In this document: piece by piece, positions 17,022-25,419 of the stretch
How positions within the stretch are numbered: the stretch's first letter is position 1
How the letters are laid out: each line of letters starts with the position of its first letter
Virus record (IMG/VR): IMGVR_UViG_3300046475_000120
Location: 1,183-65,182 of that record
DNA: 64,000 nucleotides
Direction: 5' to 3' (one strand)
DNA from: a virus
Taxonomy: Duplodnaviria; Caudoviricetes
The notes under the pieces: generated by a model
The model's database searches: none
What the model was told of the DNA's origin: nothing
What the model saw: the letters and a program-made list of their open reading frames with translations, nothing else
Program-made: the position numbers and the translations under genes

Positions 17022-18271
17022 GCATCCCCCATCTTGCCGAACGCGGTCAGATCCGCTTCCACCATCGCGCGCACTTCATCGGGCGTATTGGTTTGCAGCA
17101 GATCCCACACGGCCATTTTCAGCGCATCGGCGGCGCGCTTATCGATGGCGCTGATGGTCGATTCGCCGGCCAGTTCGGGCGCGAATTCGAACAGTTCGCC
17201 TTCGACTGGTGTTTCGGCTGGCGTAGCGGGCGCTGGCGGCGCTGTTTCGACGGCGGCGTGCGCAACGTCATCCGGGATGCCGGATGGCGCTGGCGAGGCT
17301 TCTGCGGCCTCGCGCGCGGCAGTTGCTTCGGCCCGCTCGCGCGCAAAGTCGGCCTTTTCCTGTTCGAACGCGGCGCGTTCAGCGGCCACCCGCTCGGATT
17401 CGGCTTGCGCGGCGGCTTCGACCTGCTGGCGCTGCACCTCGATGGCGGCCACTTGTGCGTCCATCCGGCGCTTCGACTCGGCACGTTTTTCTTCGGCAGA
17501 TTGCGCCTGCCGCTGGCGCTCCGCTTCGGCCAGGTCGTGCTCGCGCTGCAGTGCGGCCAGCCTTTCAGCCTCGATCCGGTTCGCCTCGGCGGCCGCCGCC
17601 ACGCGCTGTTTTTCTGCTTCGATTGCGGCCAGCCGGTCCGCTTCCGCTTTCTCGCGCGCCGCGGCCTGGTTGCGCAGGTCGATCAGCACCGGCGCCGTGG
17701 CGTCCATCGCGGCAATCGCGTTCGGCAACAGTTCGGCGTATTCTTCCTTCGTCAGTACCTGCTCGGCCATGCGCACCAGTTCGGCCGTCAGTTCGGCAGC
17801 ACTAGCGCTAGCCATGCGCGCCGGCGTCGTCAGGATGGCATCGATCTTGACCCGGATGGCATAGATACGTGCTTCCTCGATGCGTTGACGCTCCGCTTCC
17901 TCGGCGGCCAGCTTGGCGTCGAAGCCGTCGCGCAGGCCAATCACGCGGTCTTCTTCCGGCGCGATCAGGCCGACCAGCCGCTTTTCCTCGGCGATGACGG
18001 CTTTGCTGAATGCCTGCGCATCCTCGCGCGCCGCCTTGCCGGTCTTTTCGATAGTGACCCGCGCGCCCTTCAAATTCATGCCGATGCGGTGCGCCTGCTC
18101 GCGCCCGGCGACGTCGACGACGGCCACGATGTCGGCCGACGATTTAACGAGCTCGCGCAGCTTGGTTTCGGTTTCGCTCGATGCGAGCGCCACGGCGGCG
18201 CGCTGCGGCAGGCTCAGTTCGCGCGTCTCGGTCGGCGCTTCGAATTCGGGGATGGCTTTCTGCTGGTTCAT
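17018..18271 (-). CDS. Long coiled-coil protein (DUF1351-like)
   Basis: Ala/Glu/Arg heptads; located next to the recombination genes. Confidence 0.65.
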   Translation of the reverse strand: MNQQKAIPEFEAPTETRELSLPQRAAVALASSETETKLRELVKSSADIVAVVDVAGREQAHRIGMNLKGARVTIEKTGKAAREDAQAFSKAVIAEEKRLVGLIAPEEDRVIGLRDGFDAKLAAEEAERQRIEEARIYAIRVKIDAILTTPARMASASAAELTAELVRMAEQVLTKEEYAELLPNAIAAMDATAPVLIDLRNQAAAREKAEADRLAAIEAEKQRVAAAAEANRIEAERLAALQREHDLAEAERQRQAQSAEEKRAESKRRMDAQVAAIEVQRQQVEAAAQAESERVAAERAAFEQEKADFARERAEATAAREAAEASPAPSGIPDDVAHAAVETAPPAPATPAETPVEGELFEFAPELAGESTISAIDKRAADALKMAVWDLLQTNTPDEVRAMVEADLTAFGKMGDA

Positions 18272-18300
18272 GCGTTCTCTCCTGTTTGTGGGTTGTGGGG

Positions 18301-19065
18301 TTACTGCTGCTGCAAAATCTGTTTCTTCCAGTCGGGCACGATGTTGTGCTCGGCGTTGAACTGGGCGACCACCTTTTTCAAATACTCTTGAGCCACCGCG
18401 CAGCGCGTCAGCATCTTTTGCTCGAGTACCATGTCGCGCGTGTACTCGATCATGCTCACGCGCGCGTGTGGAGCATGGTGCGATACCTTGTGCAGTTCTT
18501 CCGGCTCCCAGTTCGGGATCAAGTCGTCGGGCGTATCAACCATGCAGAACGCGACCTTGTGTTTTGGTACGTCCCACAGGTGCATGTAGCCGCGCCCCTG
18601 CCATTCGTAGACGGTGGAATGGCAGTCTTCCGACAGCAGCGGAAACGAGGTGATCGACCAGCACGATTTGACGTCGAGCGTGAATTCTGCTGGCTTATAG
18701 ATGTCGCATTCGCCCGACAGCAATTCCGTCATCTTGCGCTCGGTGTTCTTGGTGAATCGTTCGAACAACACTGCGTTCAGAAGGTCAATCGAGTTCTGCT
18801 CGCACTTCGCTCCTTTGTCCGTTTCGCGGCTGGAAAACGTCGCGTGGTAGCCGAACAGGAATTCGCTGGCATAGGCTTTCAGATACGTCTTGGCGCCCGC
18901 CGACAGCGTCCGGTCCCACAGCGGTTCAAGAATCGCCTGGTCTTCCGGCGTCTTTGATTTCTTGCGGTACAGCGTGCGCAGATCGTCGGTGTCCAGCAGC
19001 ATCGGGTCGATCGACTTGGCGTCGCCCATGATGCTCGCAAGGCTGGATGGATGGAAGCGCATCAT
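18301..19065 (-). CDS. PD-(D/E)XK exonuclease (YqaJ/lambda-exo-like)
   Basis: SGECDI..LDVKSCW, YEWQGRGYM; downstream of ERF. Confidence 0.85.
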   Translation of the reverse strand: MMRFHPSSLASIMGDAKSIDPMLLDTDDLRTLYRKKSKTPEDQAILEPLWDRTLSAGAKTYLKAYASEFLFGYHATFSSRETDKGAKCEQNSIDLLNAVLFERFTKNTERKMTELLSGECDIYKPAEFTLDVKSCWSITSFPLLSEDCHSTVYEWQGRGYMHLWDVPKHKVAFCMVDTPDDLIPNWEPEELHKVSHHAPHARVSMIEYTRDMVLEQKMLTRCAVAQEYLKKVVAQFNAEHNIVPDWKKQILQQQ

Positions 19066-19910
19066 TGCTCGGCATCCAGTCCGAGTTCCTTGCGCACCTG
19101 TGCCATCTGCGCTGGTGTCAGTGCGTAATAGGCGACCAGATCGTCATAGGTGTAATCCTTCGACTTGATGCTTGCCAGCGCTCGCGCCAGGTTGGCGCCA
19201 TCGATAGCATGCTTACCGGCCGGTTGCGACGGCGCATTCAATTCTGGCTGCGCCACCGCACCGCGCCCGTCATCATCGCCCTGTTCCTTCACGGCGATAC
19301 CGCACACGGCCAGCAGCGAGTAGCGCTCGCCGTAGGTGCCGGAAGAGCCGATCGCCTGCAATGCGTTCTTGGTGCCGGTCGGGTCGGCGGGAAACTTGAA
19401 CGTGGCAGATTGGGTATGCGCCTGCTCGTGCGTCAGCGTGCAGGTCATGATGATCATGTTGGCGTCCGGGCCGGTGCTCGGTTGCTCTGGCGACCAGCTG
19501 TGGCTGATACCGCAGTCGGCCAGCTTGGCGATGATCTGCTCGCAGATGTGTCCCAGCGTCGCATAGTCGTACTCGACTTTCGATCCCTTCGCCACGAACG
19601 AGGCGCCGGCGTCCTTGATGATGGTCGGCACCTGCTTTTTGAACTGAACCATGGCGCTGGCAAATGCCTGCTCGGCCTCGCGGCGCTGGTGGCGCTCGAG
19701 CAGGTCCATCAGCTTGCCGATTTCCTCGGTGGACGATCCGCGCGCTACGGCGGCGGCGATCAGGTCCATCGGTGTCGTCGGCTGCGCCACGGTGCGCATC
19801 GGCTCTTGGTGCTGCGCCGCTGCGCGCGGCTTGCGCACGCTCGGCAACTGGTCAACGCGCTGCTCGGCGTCAAGCACCAGCGGATCGGCTTTGGTTTGGG
19901 TCTTAGTCAT
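19062..19910 (-). CDS. ERF-family single-strand annealing protein
   Basis: YDYATL, QAIGSSGTYGERYSLLAVCGI..DDDG. Confidence 0.9.
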   Translation of the reverse strand: MTKTQTKADPLVLDAEQRVDQLPSVRKPRAAAQHQEPMRTVAQPTTPMDLIAAAVARGSSTEEIGKLMDLLERHQRREAEQAFASAMVQFKKQVPTIIKDAGASFVAKGSKVEYDYATLGHICEQIIAKLADCGISHSWSPEQPSTGPDANMIIMTCTLTHEQAHTQSATFKFPADPTGTKNALQAIGSSGTYGERYSLLAVCGIAVKEQGDDDGRGAVAQPELNAPSQPAGKHAIDGANLARALASIKSKDYTYDDLVAYYALTPAQMAQVRKELGLDAEQ

Positions 19911-20325
19911 CGGTATCTTTCGAAAGTGCGCGCGCCAGCAGTTCGTCTTCGAACAGGCCGATCTCGCGGGTGGAAAAAAAATTGAGGATGTTGCGCCCGG
20001 CGCGCGCGGTCAGCACCAGGCCGGGCTCGTCAACGGTCAGGTCGCCCGGCGCGAGAACGTCGGTCGATACCGGCACCGTGTCTTCGCTGTTGAACTCGAC
20101 GTCCTTGAGTGGGCGCAGGGACAGAATGTTGATCTCCGGCGGGCAGCCAGAATCGGCGTTTTCCATCGGGCCGGTTAGGATCGGCGGAAAGCCGGGCGAA
20201 TAGGAAAACTCGGCCTCGACCTCGAACTGGCACGAGTTGAAAAAGTCGCCGCCGAAGCCGGTGACCTTCGTTTCCTCGACCACCAGCACGGCGCGGTGGG
20301 TGCGCTTGTTAGTGTCGAGCTTCAT
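19903..20325 (-). CDS. Hypothetical acidic protein
   Basis: Coupled ORF, 140 aa. Confidence 0.6.
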   Translation of the reverse strand: MKLDTNKRTHRAVLVVEETKVTGFGGDFFNSCQFEVEAEFSYSPGFPPILTGPMENADSGCPPEINILSLRPLKDVEFNSEDTVPVSTDVLAPGDLTVDEPGLVLTARAGRNILNFFSTREIGLFEDELLARALSKDTDD

Positions 20326-20651
20326 TTGGCACGCTCGGCGAGCATGGCATCGGTCAGCGCGAAAGCGGCGCGCGCTTCCTCAGTTGCGCCGGTGCGCAGC
20401 GTGATGCGCATCGGACCTTCGCGGCCATCACCTTCCATCACGGCGTGGCATTCGCGCTTTTCTGCGGCGCTCAGGTTGCGCCATTTCGAGATAGCACAGT
20501 CGCCATGCCAGATCGCCTGCGGCCCGTCGACTTGCGACGACCCCCATGAGAAGCCGCGAGCGCGCAGCCAGTCCTCGGCCGCTCGCAACGCTTTAAACGT
20601 GCCTTTCTGGCTGAACTCGGCTACCGTCGCACCGCCTGTATTTGTACTCAT
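20322..20651 (-). CDS. Hypothetical protein, first gene of the leftward operon
   Basis: GGAG RBS; GTFKALRAAEDWL..GFSWG. Confidence 0.7.
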   Translation of the reverse strand: MSTNTGGATVAEFSQKGTFKALRAAEDWLRARGFSWGSSQVDGPQAIWHGDCAISKWRNLSAAEKRECHAVMEGDGREGPMRITLRTGATEEARAAFALTDAMLAERAK

Positions 20652-20690
20652 AAATTTCTCCAAAAGGTTGAAAACCGAACCGATTGGATA

Positions 20691-20718
20691 ATTGTAAATC
20701 AATCACAGCGGATTGCAA
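20691..20718 (-). promoter_or_regulatory. Leftward early promoter (PL-like)
   Basis: TTGCAA-16-TACAAT on the minus strand; GAGACG/CGTCTC inverted repeat at 20722-20754 upstream. Confidence 0.6.
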
Positions 20719-20752
20719 TAGGAGACGCAAAATAAATTGCGATCTTATCGTC

Positions 20753-21382
20753 TCACGTATTTATCTTGAGTACCGGCGTGGCCCATTCCAGCACCGCGTT
20801 TTCATGCTGGTGCGGCCCGTACAGGTTGAACGTCCCCGGCAGGTAGCCGCGCCGCACGCCGGCCAGCACCGCCGGGCCGTCCTTGATCTGGCAGTAGCAC
20901 AACCGCCCGACGATATCGTGTTCGACGCTGCGCGGTGCGGCGCAGAAGTACAGCCAGCCGTCAGCATATTCGAGTTCCGTGTGCGTGGTGCGCGCCTGCA
21001 CGGCAATGCCGCCCTCGGGCATGTCGTCGGGCGCGATCACGCGCGCCAGGTGCGTGCTGCCGTCCAGTTCGACGACCCCAAGCCCGTTCATGTGGCCGAC
21101 GATTGACGCGCGCCGCGCCGTGATGGTGCGCACTTCGATGCCGACGTTCTGCGCCACCTGGTACAGCGGCACGCCGAAGTATTCGGACCAGAACGCCGCC
21201 TCTTCGAGCGGCATGTTGCGGTTGCCAGACAAGGTCAGCGACAGCTGCGAATGGGTCTTGCCCATCTTGGTCGCCAGCGAGCGCAGGCTGACACCCTTGC
21301 CCTGCATCAGATTTTCAAAGAAAGTTCTGTTGACGGGCGCCATTGTCTCTGCTCCGGTGAGTGGCAAATCGGGCTGTTCCAT
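20753..21382 (-). CDS. CI-like repressor: XRE HTH + degenerate S24-like C-terminal domain
   Basis: GGAAGGAG RBS; SLRSLATKMGKTHSQLSLTLSGNR HTH; divergent from a Cro-like gene. Confidence 0.8.
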   Translation of the reverse strand: MEQPDLPLTGAETMAPVNRTFFENLMQGKGVSLRSLATKMGKTHSQLSLTLSGNRNMPLEEAAFWSEYFGVPLYQVAQNVGIEVRTITARRASIVGHMNGLGVVELDGSTHLARVIAPDDMPEGGIAVQARTTHTELEYADGWLYFCAAPRSVEHDIVGRLCYCQIKDGPAVLAGVRRGYLPGTFNLYGPHQHENAVLEWATPVLKINT

Positions 21383-21422
21383 TTTAATACTACTCCTTCC
21401 AAGGTAAATTGCTACACGATTA

Positions 21423-21451
21423 TTGACCAACAATGAAAATGAATATATCAT
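21423..21451 (+). promoter_or_regulatory. Rightward early promoter (PR-like)
   Basis: TTGACC-17-TATCAT. Confidence 0.75.
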
Positions 21452-21492
21452 CAAACGATCGAAGCAACATTTGCCTCCCTGAAAGGTGTGCC

Positions 21493-21813
21493 ATGGAACT
21501 GGATCAAATCCGCAGCGAACACGACATCGACGGCGCCGTTGCGCTGGCGCTGCGCAAGCGCGCGAAGCTGCCGCAGCACAAATTCTGGCCGACCGTCGGC
21601 GTCAAGCAGTCCGGCGGTTGCCTCTGCGAGAAAGGCAAGTCGCCAATCTCGGAGCCGGTCAAAAAGCTGATCTACGCGATCTATGTGGCCGGGCTGGTGC
21701 TCGACAGTTCGACCCCGGAAGGCGCGGCGCAGATGGCGCAACTGGCCGAACTGCAGGCCGCCGCCGAGCGCTCGCGCCGCCCGCGCAAGAAGTCACAATC
21801 CGTTGCTAATTAA
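21493..21813 (+). CDS. Cro-position XRE regulator (RsaL/BswR-like)
   Basis: [32 protein letters not shown] matches the FW..GV.QSGGS.YE.GR family. Confidence 0.7.
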   Translation: MELDQIRSEHDIDGAVALALRKRAKLPQHKFWPTVGVKQSGGCLCEKGKSPISEPVKKLIYAIYVAGLVLDSSTPEGAAQMAQLAELQAAAERSRRPRKKSQSVAN

Positions 21814-21827
21814 CCACAGGACACCGC

Positions 21828-22292
21828 ATGTCATCCGTGAATAAAGCCATCATCATCGGGAATTTGGGGCGCGATCCAGAATTGCGCTACCTTCCGAGCG
21901 GCGACGCCATCGCCAACCTGGCCGTGGCCACCAGCTACAAGTCAAAAGACAAGAACACCGGCGAGCAAAAAGAACACGTTGAATGGCACCGCGTTTCGAT
22001 GTTCGGCCGTTTGGCTGAAATCGCCGGCCAGTACCTCAAGAAAGGCGCGTCGGTCTACATTGAAGGCCGCCTGCAAACGCGCAAGTACCAGAAGGACGGC
22101 GTCGACCACTACGCCACCGAGATCGTCTGCGAGCAGATGAAGATGCTTGGCGGCGCGCCGCAGCAAGCCGCACCAGCCCCCGCCGCCCAGCGCGAGCCGA
22201 CGCGCGAAGAAGCGCAGAACCGCCAGCGGCCTAAGCCAGCGCCGACGTCGCGGACCGACTTCACGCAGCACGACGATGATATCCCCTTCTAG
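21828..22292 (+). CDS. ssb: Single-stranded DNA-binding protein
   Basis: [31 protein letters not shown]-terminus. Confidence 0.97.
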   Translation: MSSVNKAIIIGNLGRDPELRYLPSGDAIANLAVATSYKSKDKNTGEQKEHVEWHRVSMFGRLAEIAGQYLKKGASVYIEGRLQTRKYQKDGVDHYATEIVCEQMKMLGGAPQQAAPAPAAQREPTREEAQNRQRPKPAPTSRTDFTQHDDDIPF

Positions 22293-22295
22293 ACC

Positions 22296-22748
22296 ATGAG
22301 CGACGACGAACAACCCGGCGCTGTCATGGGCGTCACCAGTGGCGTGAAAACCATGGCCGACGACACCCTGCGCATTTCCTTTGACGTGGAGCCACGCTTC
22401 GCGCAGCTGGCGTTCCAACTGTTCGGCACGCGCGGCACGCCGGTAGCCATCGCGCGGCTGTTGAAGTCGGCAGCGATCGAGCAGGACCGGCAGGAAACCG
22501 AGCGCAACGTCGGCGGCCAGCTCGCCCGGCTTGCGGGGCAGTTCTGCAATGCCGAACCGTTTCAGTCATGGCTACGCAAGACCTACGATCCGAAGCCGCG
22601 CACGCCAGCCGAAGCTGCCGAGATTATCAGGCTCGTGTGCAAGGTCGCATCGCGCGCCGACCTGGACCACGATGAAGCGGCGGCGTCGATCTTTCATCTG
22701 CAGTTCCGGCTTCCCTATAACGAGTGGCTGAAAGGCGGCATGCAATGA
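22296..22748 (+). CDS. Hypothetical phage protein
   Basis: FQSWL..AEIIRLVCKVASRADLD motif found in nin-region proteins. Confidence 0.7.
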   Translation: MSDDEQPGAVMGVTSGVKTMADDTLRISFDVEPRFAQLAFQLFGTRGTPVAIARLLKSAAIEQDRQETERNVGGQLARLAGQFCNAEPFQSWLRKTYDPKPRTPAEAAEIIRLVCKVASRADLDHDEAAASIFHLQFRLPYNEWLKGGMQ

Positions 22749-23005
22749 AGCGCTGCGACCATGCCAATTTCTGCGGCAAGCGCATGGCCCACGGCGACCG
22801 CGCCAACGGCTGCAATTCCATCGACCAGGAGCAATGCGATCCGGTGATGGGAAGCTCGACCACCGCCCCGGCCGGCGCCGACGATGCGCCATACCGCCGC
22901 TGCACCAACTGCTACCGGGTCAAAACGCGGCGCGAGTGGATGGCCGGCAGCGGCGCGCGGATGTGCGATTGCGGGTGTTTCAGCTACCAGCCGCTTCCCG
23001 CATGA
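22745..23005 (+). CDS. Cys-rich small protein
   Basis: ATGA coupling; CxxC motifs. Confidence 0.55.
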   Translation: MKRCDHANFCGKRMAHGDRANGCNSIDQEQCDPVMGSSTTAPAGADDAPYRRCTNCYRVKTRREWMAGSGARMCDCGCFSYQPLPA

Positions 23006-23460
23006 AGCAGGGCAAGCCAATGCAGCGCTCGCCAATGGCGCGAGGCACCAGTCAACTCAAGACTAAATCCCCGATGAACCGCGGCACGCCGCTGCGCGCG
23101 AAGTCGGCGATGAAGGCGAACGCCAAGCCGATCCGCAAGGTCAGCAAGACCAACGCCAAGCGCGAGAAGTCCGGCGAGGACAAGCTGTGCCGCGGCCAGC
23201 CTTGCTACCTGGCGATCCCGGGCTGCTGCCGCAACGACATCGCCAGCGTAGTGCCGGCCCATTCGAACCAGCTTCGGCATGGAAAAGGCAAGGGCATCAA
23301 GGCGCTCGACGTCTACACCGTTCCGGCCTGCCGGGATTGTCATAGCGAACTGGATCAGGGCAAGCGCTTCACCCGCGAGGAAAAATTCGCCATCTGGGAC
23401 AGTGCCTATGCGCGCTGGCTGCCGGTACGCGACCTGTTGCAATCTCCCAACAAGAAATAA
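23002..23460 (+). CDS. DUF1364/YbcO-like Zn-binding nuclease
   Basis: CRGQPCYLAIPGCC..VVPAHSN..GKGKGIKA.D..ACRDCH. Confidence 0.85.
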   Translation: MKQGKPMQRSPMARGTSQLKTKSPMNRGTPLRAKSAMKANAKPIRKVSKTNAKREKSGEDKLCRGQPCYLAIPGCCRNDIASVVPAHSNQLRHGKGKGIKALDVYTVPACRDCHSELDQGKRFTREEKFAIWDSAYARWLPVRDLLQSPNKK

Positions 23461-23475
23461 AAATCGAACCATCGG

Positions 23476-23653
23476 TTGATTTCCCTCAAACTCGCGCTAT
23501 ACTCACCTCTGTGGTTTCGCAAAGAGACCGCCGGCTGTGACGGTCGTTACCCAAGAACGCAATGAATCTTTCGATAAGCAACCCGCTGACCCTTCGCCAC
23601 TCCTGCGGCATCTTGGGACGTCACCAGTGGGTTGCTTTTCAAAGGGTTCATTG
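23476..23653 (+). promoter_or_regulatory. Promoter plus long structured leader RNA
   Basis: TTGATT-16-TATACT; stems 23560-23571/23641-23653 and 23576-23588/23625-23637 end at the ATG. Confidence 0.6.
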
Positions 23654-23836
23654 ATGCAAAAACATACCGCAAAAATCGAACAGTCGGCCCTCGACTACGT
23701 CTCCCTGCTGGCCCACGCCCGCATGATCCGCAACCACCTGATCGAAGACGCCCAGGCACGCGCCGAATTCGACGCCGGCCGGGTCCGGGTTTGCTTCAAT
23801 GCGCTGATGGTCAAGATGGGAGTGCGCATTGTCTGA
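23654..23836 (+). CDS. 60-aa hypothetical protein
   Basis: ATG directly after the leader stem; overlaps the MTase start. Confidence 0.55.
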   Translation: MQKHTAKIEQSALDYVSLLAHARMIRNHLIEDAQARAEFDAGRVRVCFNALMVKMGVRIV

Positions 23837-24989
23837 GCCCGCCTATTACAACGAATACGACCTGACCGCTGCCCAGTGGCTAGAAAACCTCATCAAAGCC
23901 GGCCACATTGCGCCTGGCGTTGTCGACCGAAGGAGCATTCTCGATGTGCGACCCAACGACCTGCTTGGATTTGCCCAATGCCATTTCTTTGCCGGCATCG
24001 GTGTCTGGTCCTACGCGCTTCGTGCCGCCGGCTGGCCAGATGATCGACCTGTTTGGTCTGGTTCCTGCCCTTGCCAACCTTTCAGCTCGGCAGGCGACGG
24101 AGCTGGGTTTGCTGACGAGCGGCATCTGTGGCCCGCTTTCGGGCACCTCGTCCGCGAGCGCAAGCCTGCAGTCATCGTTGGAGAACAGGTTGCGAGCAAG
24201 GACGTCGACCCTTGGATCGACCTTGTACACGCTGACCTGGAAGCCATGGGTTACGCCTTCGGGGGTATCCCGTTCCCGTCTGCGAGCGTCGGTGCGCCGC
24301 ACATCAGAGACAGGCTCTACTGGGTGGCCAACTTGCCGGTCAGCGGACGGAGAGAAAAACGTGCGGACGCTGGAAGGCGCCCAGCGGGAAATAGATCGAA
24401 AGGGTTCGCCGCAGGATCTTTGCATGGCGGCGTTGATGGCGGGCTGGCCGACAGTTACGGTGATGGACGCCAACCGGGGCAACAAGGACTCGCGGCTCTG
24501 GGACACCGGACGCCCACTGAATCAGATTGCGGCTCTGGCCGGCTGGTCAACTCCAATGGCGGGCACGCCAGCGCAGAACGGCAACAACGCAGCTGGCAAC
24601 AACGACAGTTCACGCAAGACGGTGGCCGTGGTGGCCTGGCACTTGCTGGTGGAAACATCAGGATGGCCGACGCCGACTTGTCAATCACCAAACTTGCTGC
24701 GCGGAAAGGGGCAGGACCCAGTGAAGCGCAAGGAGCAGGGCCATACGGTGAACCTGACGGACGCAATCAACTTCATCGAATTGAGCCAGCCGGCCCGACT
24801 AACGGTTTCTGGCGAGATGCTGACTGGCTCGGATGCCGGGATGGAAAGTGGCGGCCAGTTGAACCCGGCACATTCCCGCTGGTTAATGGGGCTACCGGCC
24901 GCGTGGGACGACTGCGCGGTTACGGAAACGCCATCAATGCTGAGCAAGCGAGAATCTTCATTGAGTGCGTGATGGAGTGCCAGCCGTGA
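23829..24989 (+). CDS. C5-cytosine DNA methyltransferase, alpha polypeptide (motifs I-VIII and X)
   Basis: FFAGIG (I), GSCPCQPFS (IV), GEQV (VI), PHIRDR (VIII), RLRGYGNAI (X); GGGAG RBS + TTG. Confidence 0.9.
   Translation: MSEPAYYNEYDLTAAQWLENLIKAGHIAPGVVDRRSILDVRPNDLLGFAQCHFFAGIGVWSYALRAAGWPDDRPVWSGSCPCQPFSSAGDGAGFADERHLWPAFGHLVRERKPAVIVGEQVASKDVDPWIDLVHADLEAMGYAFGGIPFPSASVGAPHIRDRLYWVANLPVSGRREKRADAGRRPAGNRSKGFAAGSLHGGVDGGLADSYGDGRQPGQQGLAALGHRTPTESDCGSGRLVNSNGGHASAERQQRSWQQRQFTQDGGRGGLALAGGNIRMADADLSITKLAARKGAGPSEAQGAGPYGEPDGRNQLHRIEPAGPTNGFWRDADWLGCRDGKWRPVEPGTFPLVNGATGRVGRLRGYGNAINAEQARIFIECVMECQP
23944..24972 (+). CDS. Overlapping +1-frame beta polypeptide of the C5 MTase (motif IX-like + four WPT modules)
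   Basis: AGGAG RBS 8 nt before the ATG; 342 codons open inside the alpha gene; QLNPAHSRWLMGLP motif IX-like. Confidence 0.8.
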   Translation: MCDPTTCLDLPNAISLPASVSGPTRFVPPAGQMIDLFGLVPALANLSARQATELGLLTSGICGPLSGTSSASASLQSSLENRLRARTSTLGSTLYTLTWKPWVTPSGVSRSRLRASVRRTSETGSTGWPTCRSADGEKNVRTLEGAQREIDRKGSPQDLCMAALMAGWPTVTVMDANRGNKDSRLWDTGRPLNQIAALAGWSTPMAGTPAQNGNNAAGNNDSSRKTVAVVAWHLLVETSGWPTPTCQSPNLLRGKGQDPVKRKEQGHTVNLTDAINFIELSQPARLTVSGEMLTGSDAGMESGGQLNPAHSRWLMGLPAAWDDCAVTETPSMLSKRESSLSA

Positions 24990-25348
24990 GCGAGCACTTG
25001 CACCAGGTGGCGATCACAAGCTGGGCCCGCAATCCGGCGGTGATCGCGCAGTATCCAGGCATCGACCTGCTGTTCTCTAGTCTCAACGGCGTCCATTTGG
25101 GAAAAAGTCAGGCCGGCAAGGCAAAAGCATCGGGCATGCTCGCCGGCGTCTACGACCTGATGTTGCCGGCACGCCGCGGCGAGTTCGTCGGCCTGGTGAT
25201 CGAGATGAAGTGGGCGAAAAACAAACTCACACCCGAGCAGGAATGGTTCGGCGCCCGCATGCGCGAAGAAGGATGGAAGACCGTAACAGCTTGGGATTGG
25301 ATCGCTGCGCGCGATGCAATCGTTGAATACCTCTCGATGCCGAAGTAA
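24986..25348 (+). CDS. VRR-NUC domain nuclease
   Basis: AGVYDL..GLVIEMK..LTPEQEWF. Confidence 0.9.
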   Translation: MSEHLHQVAITSWARNPAVIAQYPGIDLLFSSLNGVHLGKSQAGKAKASGMLAGVYDLMLPARRGEFVGLVIEMKWAKNKLTPEQEWFGARMREEGWKTVTAWDWIAARDAIVEYLSMPK

Positions 25349-25419
25349 GCGATGAATTTTGTAATGCCGCGCTTCGCGGCACCCGCTGGTCAACTCAAAT
25401 TAGATAATGGTGGTAATAA

